A stretch of DNA of 64,000 nucleotides from the sequence record MK773491.1. One strand, written 5' to 3'. Position 1 is the first letter of the stretch; each line of letters starts with the position of its first letter. Shown here piece after piece: positions 1-9,858 of this stretch. Below the pieces are notes generated by a model. It was given only the letters and a program-made list of their open reading frames with translations, was not told where the DNA came from and searched no databases. A program made the position numbers and the translations under genes.

Positions 1-129
1 GCGACGAGTGCAGGGAGTATTGCATCTGTTAGTACTGGATTACATTTTCCACTAATGAAACGTTTACCGAAGACAATACTCTTTGGTGGCTATACTGAAG
101 TGAATATGGAGAAAAAAGATAAGAAATGA
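1..129 (+). CDS. 3' end of a probable virion/head protein (truncated by window)
   Basis: Open frame 1 reads ATSAGSIASVSTG...KKDKK*; its TGA overlaps the ATG at 126 (ATGA coupling). Confidence 0.6.
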   Translation, partial: ATSAGSIASVSTGLHFPLMKRLPKTILFGGYTEVNMEKKDKK

Positions 130-527
130 AACCATACACATTCTACACGATAAACACGATTGTAGATATTGGTGATGGTAGTACTCCCGCAATTATTGAT
201 GGAAAGTTTACTGGTGCAATGAATCTAACACGGATTGTACAATCTGTGATGGAATATGACTATCCAATGATGGTCAGCATAGTAAGGAATGAAGTTGATT
301 TGTCAAAGGGTAACAATTCTGATTTCTACGCATTACCTGCATCATGGGGTAAATGTATTGTTAGTACTTTAAAATTTGCATTACCTGTTGATGTGCATAT
401 ACAATTGACTGGAATACCATTAGTACTCCCCACTGTAGTTAATAAAACGAGAATCACAAGATTTAATCTAGCATCAAGTACTCGTAATACAAGCATAACT
501 AAACAAACTTTTTCTATGAGTAAATAA
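126..527 (+). CDS. hypothetical protein (probably virion-associated)
   Basis: 133-aa ORF, ATGA-coupled to upstream gene. Confidence 0.6.
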   Translation: MKPYTFYTINTIVDIGDGSTPAIIDGKFTGAMNLTRIVQSVMEYDYPMMVSIVRNEVDLSKGNNSDFYALPASWGKCIVSTLKFALPVDVHIQLTGIPLVLPTVVNKTRITRFNLASSTRNTSITKQTFSMSK

Positions 528-554
528 CGGAAAGGTTTTCTTTTTGGAGATACA

Positions 555-1490
555 ATGGATATTCAACAAACCGCAACGGAATTGCAAAAGTTCGCAGATG
601 CGAATGGTTTGCAGATGGATGTATCTACAGTTTTAGATAGTATGGATGCAGGGGATTTTGTTGCCCTAAACCAAGCTATGGATAATTCTGATAATCATTC
701 CATTCTTAAAATTTTACAAAAATATAAATCTCGTACATTTGAGAGTTATCAATATTTTAGTGGTATGTTACTAACTGAAGATGAAAGTATAAATTTAGTT
801 AATGACATGACACCAGATGAATTGATTGAACATTACCGTACTATGGAAGGTATGATTCATGAAGTTGATCACTTAACTTTACAAGAAATTCGCACTTTAG
901 TTTATGAAGATTTAACTACACAGTTACGTGCTAATCAGATTGTTGATCGTAATACTACTACACAGCAACAGCAAGTAAATCCTCAAACACAAGCTAAAGT
1001 TAAACAAGCTAATATTCAGCGTAATGCGAATAATAGTTCGTTTAAAGTTTCAGTACCGGGTAACCAACAAGGTACGCAGGAAATTGAGCCAGTGGTCGGT
1101 ATTGATCCTGGGCCAACTCCACAGCAAACATTGGTTGTAACCAAAGATCAAAATAAACCTAATGAACTAAGTGTTTATGGTTTAGATGATGTTGAAACTG
1201 TACAAAATCAAGGTACTACCACAATCAGTGAAGAATTATCACCCCAAGAAGCCAATGATGAAGTAATGGGGCCACCATCTGGTAGAGATAATATTGGTGG
1301 AGGCCCAACAACCTTTACTAATACTGCTGCTGGTATGGGAGCAATTCGACAAGCGATTGACGATGCTGTATCATCTGAAGTTGAAAATACTGATGGTGAA
1401 CAAAGTCCATTGGGTAATGATGCTACCGAAGCTGGTAATGATATGATTGACCAGATTATTGACTTCTGCACGAGAATGAGAGGTAGATAA
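555..1490 (+). CDS. hypothetical protein, Q/N-rich middle (probable head/internal protein)
   Basis: 311-aa ORF, GGAG RBS, TAAATA upstream. Confidence 0.7.
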   Translation: MDIQQTATELQKFADANGLQMDVSTVLDSMDAGDFVALNQAMDNSDNHSILKILQKYKSRTFESYQYFSGMLLTEDESINLVNDMTPDELIEHYRTMEGMIHEVDHLTLQEIRTLVYEDLTTQLRANQIVDRNTTTQQQQVNPQTQAKVKQANIQRNANNSSFKVSVPGNQQGTQEIEPVVGIDPGPTPQQTLVVTKDQNKPNELSVYGLDDVETVQNQGTTTISEELSPQEANDEVMGPPSGRDNIGGGPTTFTNTAAGMGAIRQAIDDAVSSEVENTDGEQSPLGNDATEAGNDMIDQIIDFCTRMRGR

Positions 1491-1711
1491 TGAGAATAGC
1501 CAAAAGTGAATTTGGCGTTTCGGTAATGGTATCTAATGAAGAATATCGTGTTATTCGTAAAATAAAATCATTGGGCCGTGTCAATCGTGACATGGTTCCT
1601 GATTACTATCAGGAAATTGCTGATAAATTAGTATCTCGTGGAGTTCTAAATAGAATAGAAATTGGCGAGAAAGAATACTATGAACCAGTGAGGATAAAGA
1701 AAAATGATTGA
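1490..1711 (+). CDS. hypothetical small basic protein (possible winged helix)
   Basis: 73-aa ORF overlapping neighbours at both ends. Confidence 0.6.
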   Translation: MRIAKSEFGVSVMVSNEEYRVIRKIKSLGRVNRDMVPDYYQEIADKLVSRGVLNRIEIGEKEYYEPVRIKKND

Positions 1712-2444
1712 TAGAAACGAAGTTAACAACATTATGGATATGCTTGGTTCTCTAGATGAAATCGAAGCAGGAACTAATGCACCCGTAGCGTCACAAGAAT
1801 CTTTTAATGCAACTCGTGATCTTCTAAGTGGACTAAATGATATTGGTCTAGCGTATGGTAACTTATTAACACCAGAAAATGCAGTACCAGATCAAATAAG
1901 TGAATCTCAATTATATGAGAACTATGACGATTTCGAAGCACAAGAAAGATTAAACCAAATTTATGGACAAGACCCTAATGGCGTTATTAATTACGATCAG
2001 GGTAAACCACAAACTAAATCAGTACAACAAACTTTTAAACCAAGTATTGGTTCACCTAAAACTGCATGGTCATTGGTGGAAGAAGTTGCTCCCGGAACAA
2101 AGAGTACTAAAGTCTATAGTATTCAATCCAACCATAGTGGACAAAAGATTATGGATGGTATCATGATGTACGAAGCAGCCTTGACTCTAACTAATCTTCT
2201 AAATGAAGGTCGTAAGATTAATGATACTAAGATGCTAGGCATTATTAGTTCAGGATTGCAGTACACTAATGTTGTAAACGAAGGCATTAAAGCCGCTCGC
2301 GAACGACAGAAAGTACTTAAAGAATCTCGTTATGATGATGCGAAAGACCTTGATATTATTATTGCAGAAAAGAAAGCGGAAGCGTACAAGTTAAAAGAAC
2401 GAGTACTTACCTTTTTGCAAAAAGAAGGTTACATTAGTAAATAA
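1704..2444 (+). CDS. hypothetical protein
   Basis: 246-aa ORF, GAGG RBS. Confidence 0.7.
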   Translation: MIDRNEVNNIMDMLGSLDEIEAGTNAPVASQESFNATRDLLSGLNDIGLAYGNLLTPENAVPDQISESQLYENYDDFEAQERLNQIYGQDPNGVINYDQGKPQTKSVQQTFKPSIGSPKTAWSLVEEVAPGTKSTKVYSIQSNHSGQKIMDGIMMYEAALTLTNLLNEGRKINDTKMLGIISSGLQYTNVVNEGIKAARERQKVLKESRYDDAKDLDIIIAEKKAEAYKLKERVLTFLQKEGYISK

Positions 2445-2475
2445 ATTAGAATTTAATCTTATAAGGAAATAAGGA

Positions 2476-3108
2476 ATGTCTAAACAATTCAAAAAAATGA
2501 TGGAAGCCGAGTCGAAAGCAGAAGCTCTAACTCTTGTTAAACTAACCGAATCTAACATTGAGAAAGCAGAAATTGTACTCGCAGTTAAAGGTGAAATCGT
2601 GGATAAACTTCAACGCCAAGCTGAAGTAATTAACAACATGGGTGTTGACGTACTAGGCCCACTACTTGATCGTATTAAAGCAGAACATGGTATTGAGAGT
2701 GCTGATGCATTTCGCAATAATATCAGTGGACTACTTGAACAAGCCGTTAAAACTCTAATGGATGTTAAAGACAAGATCAGTACTGAAACTCTAAAACTAA
2801 CTGGTGATATTACTAATGCACCAGACGTTTCTGATATTGGCGGTGATATGGGTGGTGAAGATGTATCTCTAGATATTGATACCCCTGATTTTGATTTCGA
2901 AGGTGATGCTGAATTCAGCGATGATCTAGTAGAACCAGTTCCAGCAGAACGTGAAATGCGTGAAAGTGTTAAACCACGTATTGGGTTAAAACTTGAAAGC
3001 AACAAAGGCACTATCGGTACTAAATTCTTCGAATCTAAGACTGAAGCTAAAAAGTGGCTAACTGAAAACCAAAATAAAGTAAAACGTGTAATTGGTTTCA
3101 CCAAATAA
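2476..3108 (+). CDS. hypothetical acidic helical protein (possible prohead core/scaffold)
   Basis: 210-aa ORF, AAGGA RBS, TAAATA upstream, several x-x-E motifs (LTES, MRES, KLES). Confidence 0.6.
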   Translation: MSKQFKKMMEAESKAEALTLVKLTESNIEKAEIVLAVKGEIVDKLQRQAEVINNMGVDVLGPLLDRIKAEHGIESADAFRNNISGLLEQAVKTLMDVKDKISTETLKLTGDITNAPDVSDIGGDMGGEDVSLDIDTPDFDFEGDAEFSDDLVEPVPAEREMRESVKPRIGLKLESNKGTIGTKFFESKTEAKKWLTENQNKVKRVIGFTK

Positions 3109-3120
3109 GAGAGGTGCTAA

Positions 3121-3450
3121 ATGAGATTCAGTGATTTAACTGAAGAAGCACCCGCAAAAGATATTCGCAACATGATTACCAGTGTTGCGTTATCTCTAGT
3201 AGCTAGTGGGCGTGAAAATGTTAGTGTGCAATCTCTAATTGCAGAAATTAAAAAACGTACTAACATTGATGTTCCTTATAATGTTATGATGGATATCTTA
3301 AACTCTTTGCCATTTGTACAGGATGCCAATTCTGATATGGTACAATTTGCTGGTGCTGATGAAAGCAGTAGTGAAGAGGGTGAAAGCTCAGAAGACATTG
3401 TAAGCGATATGGCTACAAAAGCTGCAACCAGCAGCATGAACCAAAAATAA
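3121..3450 (+). CDS. hypothetical protein
   Basis: 109-aa ORF, GAGG RBS, N-terminus MRFSDLTEE. Confidence 0.7.
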   Translation: MRFSDLTEEAPAKDIRNMITSVALSLVASGRENVSVQSLIAEIKKRTNIDVPYNVMMDILNSLPFVQDANSDMVQFAGADESSSEEGESSEDIVSDMATKAATSSMNQK

Positions 3451-3452
3451 TT

Positions 3453-3481
3453 GAGACAAAACAGAATAAATGTGCTATAAT
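3453..3481 (+). promoter_or_regulatory. phage promoter, class GRGACAAA-N10-TGTGMTATAAT
   Basis: GAGACAAA 3453-3460, TGTGCTATAAT 3471-3481. Confidence 0.7.
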
Positions 3482-3494
3482 AGGAGTACAACGG

Positions 3495-4202
3495 ATGTAC
3501 ACACCACCTATGATTGAACGGTACACTTATCTCGGTTATGATCGTATCGAAGGCGGCCCCGAAGGTCGCCTTTATGCTACCCCTACCGGGAATCTACCGT
3601 CAGTTACTACCATCTTGAGTGCTACCTCAGATGATGAAGGACTAAAACAGTGGCGAGCATTCGTCGGTGAACAAAAAGCAAATGAAATAACATTGGAAGC
3701 AACAACTATCGGTACGTTCATGCATGAGAATTTAGAACGCCGTTTGATTGGAGAAGAAGATCATTTGGGCGGTATGCCAATTCGAGTGTTAGCTCGTAAC
3801 ATGGCAGACGTTATTCAGCGTGAAGCATGGCCTAAAATCAATGAAGTATGGGGGCAAGAAGTTCCTTTATTTTATGAAGGTCTTTGGGCTGGAACTACTG
3901 ACTTAGTAGGAATGCACGATGGTATACCAACGATAATGGATTACAAAAACTCTCGTAAACCTAAGAAATGGGATAAGATTGAGAACTACAGATTACAGAC
4001 CGCAGCATATGCATTAGCACATAATCAAATGTTCGGAACTGATATACAACGTGGAGTAATCTTTATCTGTGTTCGAGAAGACCCAAACAATCTTCAGTAC
4101 CAAGAATTCGTAATTGAAGGACAGGACTTTGAAGATGCGAAAAAAGGTTGGATTGAAAGAGTCGAGCAATACTATATTATGAGAGGCGATATTACAAAAT
4201 GA
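3495..4202 (+). CDS. PD-(D/E)XK exonuclease (lambda-exo/MGME1-like)
   Basis: PSVTTILS, GTFMHENLE, AGTTDLVG, IMDYKNS, QTAAYALA motifs. Confidence 0.85.
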   Translation: MYTPPMIERYTYLGYDRIEGGPEGRLYATPTGNLPSVTTILSATSDDEGLKQWRAFVGEQKANEITLEATTIGTFMHENLERRLIGEEDHLGGMPIRVLARNMADVIQREAWPKINEVWGQEVPLFYEGLWAGTTDLVGMHDGIPTIMDYKNSRKPKKWDKIENYRLQTAAYALAHNQMFGTDIQRGVIFICVREDPNNLQYQEFVIEGQDFEDAKKGWIERVEQYYIMRGDITK

Positions 4203-4756
4203 ACAGAGCTATGAAAGAAGATATTTTTACAATTAAAGCAATCGAAAGTAAAGGTTATAAAATGGAAGAACTAATTGTTCTATCCGATGAAGAACTTGAT
4301 GAATTACCAATTTCTCAACGTCTAATCGATGGCATTAAAACTGTTAAAGCACGTGGAGGAAAAACGGCTGATCAAATCGCAGAAGAGATTGCCGATTTAA
4401 TGACGAAAGACGTCACTAGTACTGAAGAAGTTGATGTTCCTGAAGTCGTTGAAGTTTACGAAACTCTATCTCCAGAACACATTGCTATTCAAGAAGAAAT
4501 CATTGAAGAAGCTCTTGAAGAAGAAATTGCTGAAGATGAAGTTCAAATTGTTCGTGTTGAATCTGCACCAGAAGATATTAAAACTGTAGAAGAAGTTCTA
4601 GAGACTAAATCTTATAAATCATTCCAACCATACATCAAACTACTACAATCTGAAGTTCCTAAAGTTATTTTGGATGCAGTTGATAGTACTCTAATTTCAG
4701 AACTAATTGAAAAGCGTATCACTGCTGTTAAACAAGCAGCGAAAAAAACTAAATAA
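4199..4756 (+). CDS. hypothetical acidic protein
   Basis: 185-aa ORF, ATGA overlap with the nuclease gene. Confidence 0.7.
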   Translation: MNRAMKEDIFTIKAIESKGYKMEELIVLSDEELDELPISQRLIDGIKTVKARGGKTADQIAEEIADLMTKDVTSTEEVDVPEVVEVYETLSPEHIAIQEEIIEEALEEEIAEDEVQIVRVESAPEDIKTVEEVLETKSYKSFQPYIKLLQSEVPKVILDAVDSTLISELIEKRITAVKQAAKKTK

Positions 4757-4784
4757 TCCTATACTATATTAGGAGAATTTAGGT

Positions 4785-5357
4785 ATGGCACAAAAACAAA
4801 TTGCCTTACAACAAGTACGTTCGGGTAAACAACGTGATTTACCCGATGCTCTTGCGAAAGGCCAGATTGGATTCAGTACTGACGTGGGTCGTTTATTCAT
4901 TGGGCTACCGAGTAGTTCAGAACCAGCATCATTAGTTGCTGGTCGTAACTGGACTAATGCACCAAACAGCGGGAAAGAAAACGTAGAAATCATTACTGAA
5001 TTTACACCTTGGGAAATTATTAACAGTGTGGTTAATAAACCTAATGTATTAACACTTCCAGCTAACCAAAAAACTACTACAACTATTCGTACATCGTCTC
5101 GTGTATTCCTTGAGTATGTTGCATACGATAATGATAAATTGTTAGAAACTGGTTCAGTTCAATTGGTAGCAGTTGATACAACGAATGTATTAATCTCTCA
5201 ACAAAACAACACTAACAAATCTGATGGTATCGTTGCGATAGATTTTGAACAACCATCATATGACGTAGGTACTAAACGTTTAACTATTACTATTAACAAT
5301 CGAAGTAGTACCGCAATAACACTTGAATTTATTATAAGAGGGTGGGATAAGCAATAA
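4785..5357 (+). CDS. putative virion structural protein
   Basis: N-terminal LAKGQIGFSTDVGRLFIG resembles repeats at the start of tail-fibre/structural proteins; beta-rich remainder. Confidence 0.5.
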   Translation: MAQKQIALQQVRSGKQRDLPDALAKGQIGFSTDVGRLFIGLPSSSEPASLVAGRNWTNAPNSGKENVEIITEFTPWEIINSVVNKPNVLTLPANQKTTTTIRTSSRVFLEYVAYDNDKLLETGSVQLVAVDTTNVLISQQNNTNKSDGIVAIDFEQPSYDVGTKRLTITINNRSSTAITLEFIIRGWDKQ

Positions 5358-5378
5358 AGGCGAATCCCGCCTTTTATT
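5356..5378 (+). terminator. intrinsic terminator
   Basis: AAAGGCG-aatcc-CGCCTTT followed by T-rich tract. Confidence 0.75.
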
Positions 5379-5384
5379 TCCCCT

Positions 5385-5392
5385 TATAAATA
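5385..5392 (+). promoter_or_regulatory. T4-late-like promoter TATAAATA
   Basis: Exact TATAAATA 33 nt upstream of nrdA. Confidence 0.5.
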
Positions 5393-5424
5393 TAAAACTG
5401 AAATAATTAACACAAGGAAGTCAA

Positions 5425-7770
5425 ATGATCAACGTTACGAAACGTAATGGTGCTAAGGAAGCACTTAATCTTGAAAAAATTCACCAAATTCTATTTTTCG
5501 CTTGCGAAGGACTAACTGGAGTGTCCGTATCAGAAATTGAGGTTCGAGCACAGTTACAGTTCTATGAAGGTATCGAAACTAATGCAATTCATGATATTCT
5601 AATTAAAGCTGCTTCTGAACTAATTACAGTTGATACCCCTAACTATCAATATGTAGCAGGTCGTCTAATTAACTATTCACTACGTAAGAAAGTGTATGGT
5701 AATTATGAACCACCAAAATTCGCTGCACATGTTCAAGATCTAATCGATCGTGATGTATATGACAAAGAAATTCTTGAAAAATATACACTAACTGAAATCG
5801 AAGAACTAGGTAAGTACATCAAACATAAACGTGATGATAGATTCACTTTCGTTGCAATGAAGCAATGGGAAGGGAAATATCTTTGTAAGCACCGTGTTAC
5901 TAAGCAAATTTACGAAACCCCACAAATGGCTTACATGATGATTGCAGCAATCGTCTTTATGGAGTACAATCGTGATGTTCGTATGAGCTATGTAAAACGT
6001 TTCTATGATGCAATCAGTAATTTTGATATTAGTCTTCCAACACCAATCATGGCTGGTCTTCGTACTAATACACGTCAGTTTAGTTCATGTGTGGTTCTAA
6101 ACGTGGGTGATAGCCTCGATAGTATCGGTGCTTCCAACCATGCTATTTTACGTTATATCTCACGTAAAGCTGGTCTAGGAATTAACTACGGTCGTGTTCG
6201 TGCAATCGATTCAGAAATCCGTGGTGGTGATGCGGTACATACAGGTTTAATTCCTTTCATTACTGCAAGTACTAAAACTGTTAAATCATGCTCTCAAGGC
6301 GGTGTACGTGGTGGTGCAGCAACTATTCACTTCCCACTTTGGCATCTAGAATTTGAAAATCTTGTAGTACTTAAGAACAACAAAGGAACCGAGTTTAACC
6401 GTGTTCGTCAAAGTGACTACTGCTTCCAAATCAACAAAACTTTATACGAGCGTCTAACCAAAAAAGGTGATATTACTTTCTTCTCACCTAGTGACGTACC
6501 CGGTCTATATGATGCATTCTGCTCAGACCAAAAAGAATTCGCACGTTTGTATAAGAAGTATGAAGCAGACCCTACTATTCGTAAGAAAGTACTACCAGCG
6601 ATTGACGTATTCACTGTTCTAATGCAACAACGTGCAGAGACAGGGCGTATCTACGTTCAGAACATTGATTTGACTAACGAACACTCACCATTCGATCCTA
6701 AAGTGGCACCAGTTGAGCAAAGTAATCTTTGCCAAGAAATTGCATTACCTTCAGTTCCATTTGATGATGTAAACAGTGGTGAAGATGGTCTAATCAGCCT
6801 TTGCACACTAAGTGCAATTAATTGGGGCAACTTTGACAAACCTGAAGATATGGAAAATGCTTGCGATCTAGCTGTTCGTGCGTTAGACTCTCTACTTGAT
6901 TATCAGGACTACCCTGTAATCCACGCAGAACGAGCTACACGAGCTTATCGACCACTAGGTGTGGGTATCATCAACTTGGCATATTTCCTTGCTAAACGTG
7001 GCCTACGTTACGATGATGGTGCATTGGAAACCGTAAACACATGGGCTGAAGCATGGTCTTATTACCTACTTAAATCTTCCGTTCAACTAGCGAAAGAAAA
7101 AGGTAAATGTGAATGGTTTGATAACCTAAAATATGCACAAGGTATTCTACCAATTGACACTTATAAAAAATCCGTCGATGAACTAGTAGGTACTGAACTA
7201 AAAATGGATTGGGATTCCCTACGTGCTGATATTGCACAATACGGTATTCGTAATGCTACTACTATGGCTCTAATGCCAGCAGAAACTAGTGCTCAAATTA
7301 GTAACAGTACTAATGGTATTGAACCACCACGTAGTCTAGTATCCGTTAAAGCATCTAAAGATGGTATTCTAAAACAAGTTGTTCCTGAAATTGGTAAATT
7401 GAAGAACAAATACACCCTACTATGGGATCAAAAGAACAACGAAGGTTATATTAAAATTTGTGGTGTACTACAAAAATATATTGACCAAAGTATCAGTGCA
7501 AATACTAGTTATAACCCAGAACACTTCCCAGATAAGAAACTATCAATGAAAGTACTTCTAGGTGAACTACTAATGTGCTACAAGTATGGACTTAAAAACC
7601 TATACTATATGAACACCAACGATGGTAGTGGTGAAATTGATATTGAACTACTAGAGAAGTCTCAGTCAGAACAAAAGGCTGAAGCGGAAGAACTAGTACC
7701 AACAGGTGGATTCATTCTACCAAACCTATCAATGCTACCAGATGATGATTGCGATAGTTGCAAAATCTAA
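5425..7770 (+). CDS. nrdA: ribonucleotide reductase class Ia alpha subunit
   Basis: ATP cone (VTKRNG), PTPIMAG, QFSSC, SQGGVRGG, SNLCQEI, MPAETS, C-terminal CDSC; uninterrupted. Confidence 0.98.
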   Translation: MINVTKRNGAKEALNLEKIHQILFFACEGLTGVSVSEIEVRAQLQFYEGIETNAIHDILIKAASELITVDTPNYQYVAGRLINYSLRKKVYGNYEPPKFAAHVQDLIDRDVYDKEILEKYTLTEIEELGKYIKHKRDDRFTFVAMKQWEGKYLCKHRVTKQIYETPQMAYMMIAAIVFMEYNRDVRMSYVKRFYDAISNFDISLPTPIMAGLRTNTRQFSSCVVLNVGDSLDSIGASNHAILRYISRKAGLGINYGRVRAIDSEIRGGDAVHTGLIPFITASTKTVKSCSQGGVRGGAATIHFPLWHLEFENLVVLKNNKGTEFNRVRQSDYCFQINKTLYERLTKKGDITFFSPSDVPGLYDAFCSDQKEFARLYKKYEADPTIRKKVLPAIDVFTVLMQQRAETGRIYVQNIDLTNEHSPFDPKVAPVEQSNLCQEIALPSVPFDDVNSGEDGLISLCTLSAINWGNFDKPEDMENACDLAVRALDSLLDYQDYPVIHAERATRAYRPLGVGIINLAYFLAKRGLRYDDGALETVNTWAEAWSYYLLKSSVQLAKEKGKCEWFDNLKYAQGILPIDTYKKSVDELVGTELKMDWDSLRADIAQYGIRNATTMALMPAETSAQISNSTNGIEPPRSLVSVKASKDGILKQVVPEIGKLKNKYTLLWDQKNNEGYIKICGVLQKYIDQSISANTSYNPEHFPDKKLSMKVLLGELLMCYKYGLKNLYYMNTNDGSGEIDIELLEKSQSEQKAEAEELVPTGGFILPNLSMLPDDDCDSCKI

Positions 7771-7778
7771 TTAAAAAG

Positions 7779-7806
7779 AGTCCCACATGAAGTGGGACTT
7801 TTCTTT
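7779..7806 (+). terminator. intrinsic terminator/hairpin between nrdA and nrdB
   Basis: AGTCCCAC-atgaa-GTGGGACT plus T tract. Confidence 0.7.
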
Positions 7807-7833
7807 CACAGAAATAAACAAAAGGAATTGTAA

Positions 7834-8958
7834 ATGTCAGTATTTAAAATTAACGAGAAATCACACTTAGAAAAGCATATGTTTTTTGACGAGTCTGTTG
7901 ATATTCAACGTTTTGAATCCGTAAAGTATCCAGCATTGGAAAAATTAACAGAACAGCAAAAGAGTTTCTTCTGGACACCAGAAGAAGTAGATGTGACTCG
8001 TGATAAAATTGACTTCTCCGGTTTGAGTGATAATGAGAAACATATCTTCACATCGAACCTTAAACGTCAAATCCTTCTAGATTCAGTACAAGGACGTGGC
8101 CCGAACTTAATGCTACTACCTTATGCATCCCTACCTGAACTAGAAAACTTTATTGAAACTTGGGCTTTCTTTGAAGGTGCTATCCATAGTCGTTCATATA
8201 CGCATATTATTCGTAACGTATATCCAAACCCATCCGAAGTGTTTGATACTATGCTCGACATTCCTGAGATTACTTCTTGTGCTGCTGATATTGCAAAGTA
8301 CTATGATGATCTTGATGTAGCTGGCACTTACTATAAGATGCTAGGACTCGGTACTCATATTATCAATGGTGAAACTGTTGAAGTTAGCGAGTATGAACTC
8401 AAGAAGAAACTATGGCTATGCTTGAACAGCATTAACGTACTAGAAGGTATTCGCTTCTATGTATCCTTTGCATGTTCATGGGCTTTTGCAGAAAACAAAC
8501 TAATGGAAGGGAATGCTAAAATCATCCGTCTAATTTGTCGTGATGAGAACCTTCATTTAGCAGCTACCCAAATGATTCTTCGCCTACTCAAGAAAGAAGA
8601 TCCAGACTTCGCTAAAATTGCAGAAGAATGCCATGAAGAAGTACAAACAATGTTCATGGATGCAATTCGTCAAGAAGAAGAATGGGCTGACTATCTATTC
8701 AAAGATGGTTCTATTATTGGATTGAACGCTCAAATTCTAAAAGATTATATTCGTTGGATTGGTTCTAAACGTATGATTGCAGTTGGCGTTAAATGTCCAT
8801 TCAGTGTATCCAAAAACAATCCACTACCTTGGACTGTAGAATGGATCAGTAGTGCTGATGTACAAGTGGCACCACAAGAAACTGAAATAAGTTCTTATAT
8901 TATTGGTGGTATCACTAATGATATTGAAGAAAATGATTTTTCAGATTACGATTTATAA
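7834..8958 (+). CDS. nrdB: ribonucleotide reductase class Ia beta subunit
   Basis: FFWTPEEV, LLDSVQGR, HSRSY, LEGIRFYVSF, RDENLH, VAPQETEISSY. Confidence 0.98.
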   Translation: MSVFKINEKSHLEKHMFFDESVDIQRFESVKYPALEKLTEQQKSFFWTPEEVDVTRDKIDFSGLSDNEKHIFTSNLKRQILLDSVQGRGPNLMLLPYASLPELENFIETWAFFEGAIHSRSYTHIIRNVYPNPSEVFDTMLDIPEITSCAADIAKYYDDLDVAGTYYKMLGLGTHIINGETVEVSEYELKKKLWLCLNSINVLEGIRFYVSFACSWAFAENKLMEGNAKIIRLICRDENLHLAATQMILRLLKKEDPDFAKIAEECHEEVQTMFMDAIRQEEEWADYLFKDGSIIGLNAQILKDYIRWIGSKRMIAVGVKCPFSVSKNNPLPWTVEWISSADVQVAPQETEISSYIIGGITNDIEENDFSDYDL

Positions 8959-8963
8959 TACTT

Positions 8964-8987
8964 AGGGACACATTGTGTCCCTTTTTC
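8964..8987 (+). terminator. intrinsic terminator
   Basis: AGGGACAC-att-GTGTCCCT plus TTTT. Confidence 0.75.
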
Positions 8988-9000
8988 ATTGGAGTTATAT

Positions 9001-9183
9001 ATGAGCGACGTTTTTTCTTTTATGAGAGATGTTGAGTACGTAATAGTACTAGAAGGTTCTATTCAATTAACAGGTATGGTTGAAGAAACTTATGATAACG
9101 GTATTCAGTTACATGATGGAACCTGCATTCCACAGGATAAAATTTTATTTTTCAAAGCAAATCTTGGGACAAATCCCGAATAA
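9001..9183 (+). CDS. hypothetical protein (small beta-barrel/Sm-like?)
   Basis: GGAG at 8991-8994 supports ATG 9001. Confidence 0.55.
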   Translation: MSDVFSFMRDVEYVIVLEGSIQLTGMVEETYDNGIQLHDGTCIPQDKILFFKANLGTNPE

Positions 9184-9194
9184 TGTGATATAAT
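9166..9194 (+). promoter_or_regulatory. phage promoter, class GGGACAAA-N10-TGTGATATAAT
   Basis: GGGACAAA 9166-9173, TGTGATATAAT 9184-9194. Confidence 0.75.
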
Positions 9195-9222
9195 AAACAC
9201 ATCAATAACACAGGAGAAAAAA

Positions 9223-9456
9223 ATGGATAAAAACGCACTAAACGAAATGGTAGAAGAAAGCATTGAAACCGCTGGTGAAGAAGTTGGATACACTCTAAGC
9301 GAAGAAGAACTAGAATATTCTAAAAAAATCATTGCTCAACTATCTGGCTATTACGCTCGTAAAGATGCTAAGAAAGTAGAATATCGTAAAATCAAACAGC
9401 GTCGTCGTGCGGCAAACAAAACTGCAAAAGCATCTCGTCGTAAGAACCGCAAATAA
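9223..9456 (+). CDS. hypothetical protein, acidic N-half and very basic C-tail
   Basis: 77-aa ORF, AGGAG RBS. Confidence 0.7.
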   Translation: MDKNALNEMVEESIETAGEEVGYTLSEEELEYSKKIIAQLSGYYARKDAKKVEYRKIKQRRRAANKTAKASRRKNRK

Positions 9457-9465
9457 GAGGTATTG

Positions 9466-9858
9466 ATGAATTTCACTTTTGAACAAATTCAAGAGACTTT
9501 TCCTAAACACGCCAACCGCTCTAAGCGGTTGCGTAAGAAGTTACATGTAGATGACTTCGCGGAAATTATGTTTTCGTTTACATTAAAAATTCCAGTATTT
9601 GATTTATCACCCAAGCTACAGGATGCTTGTTTGGATATCATGTGTGAACATGATGCTGGATGTTTTATCTTTTCTGATAGTTCATCTGCATCATTCAGTG
9701 TATTGTCTGGATTATTAAAGAAAAGTGTAAAAAATCAAGAAGAAATTATTTCGTACATTACGAATTTGATTTCAAAACTTTCAGAAGTAGAAAAAGAATT
9801 TAGGAATATTGACGCAGTACATGTAACATATGGTGATGCGTATTATGGAGAATGGTAA
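9466..9858 (+). CDS. yggL: YggL/DUF469-like protein
   Basis: NRSKRLRKKLHVDDFAE matches the YggL N-terminal signature (NRSRRLRKKMHIDEFQE). Confidence 0.7.
   Translation: MNFTFEQIQETFPKHANRSKRLRKKLHVDDFAEIMFSFTLKIPVFDLSPKLQDACLDIMCEHDAGCFIFSDSSSASFSVLSGLLKKSVKNQEEIISYITNLISKLSEVEKEFRNIDAVHVTYGDAYYGEW

Noticed and set aside
2610-3104. 164-aa minus-strand ORF (also 1208-1471, 22911-23264, 32849-33337, 34481-35005 and similar)
   Set aside because: Antisense shadows fully inside well-supported + strand genes
5425-8958. Introns, inteins or homing endonucleases in nrdA/nrdB
   Set aside because: Both frames are continuous and of normal length
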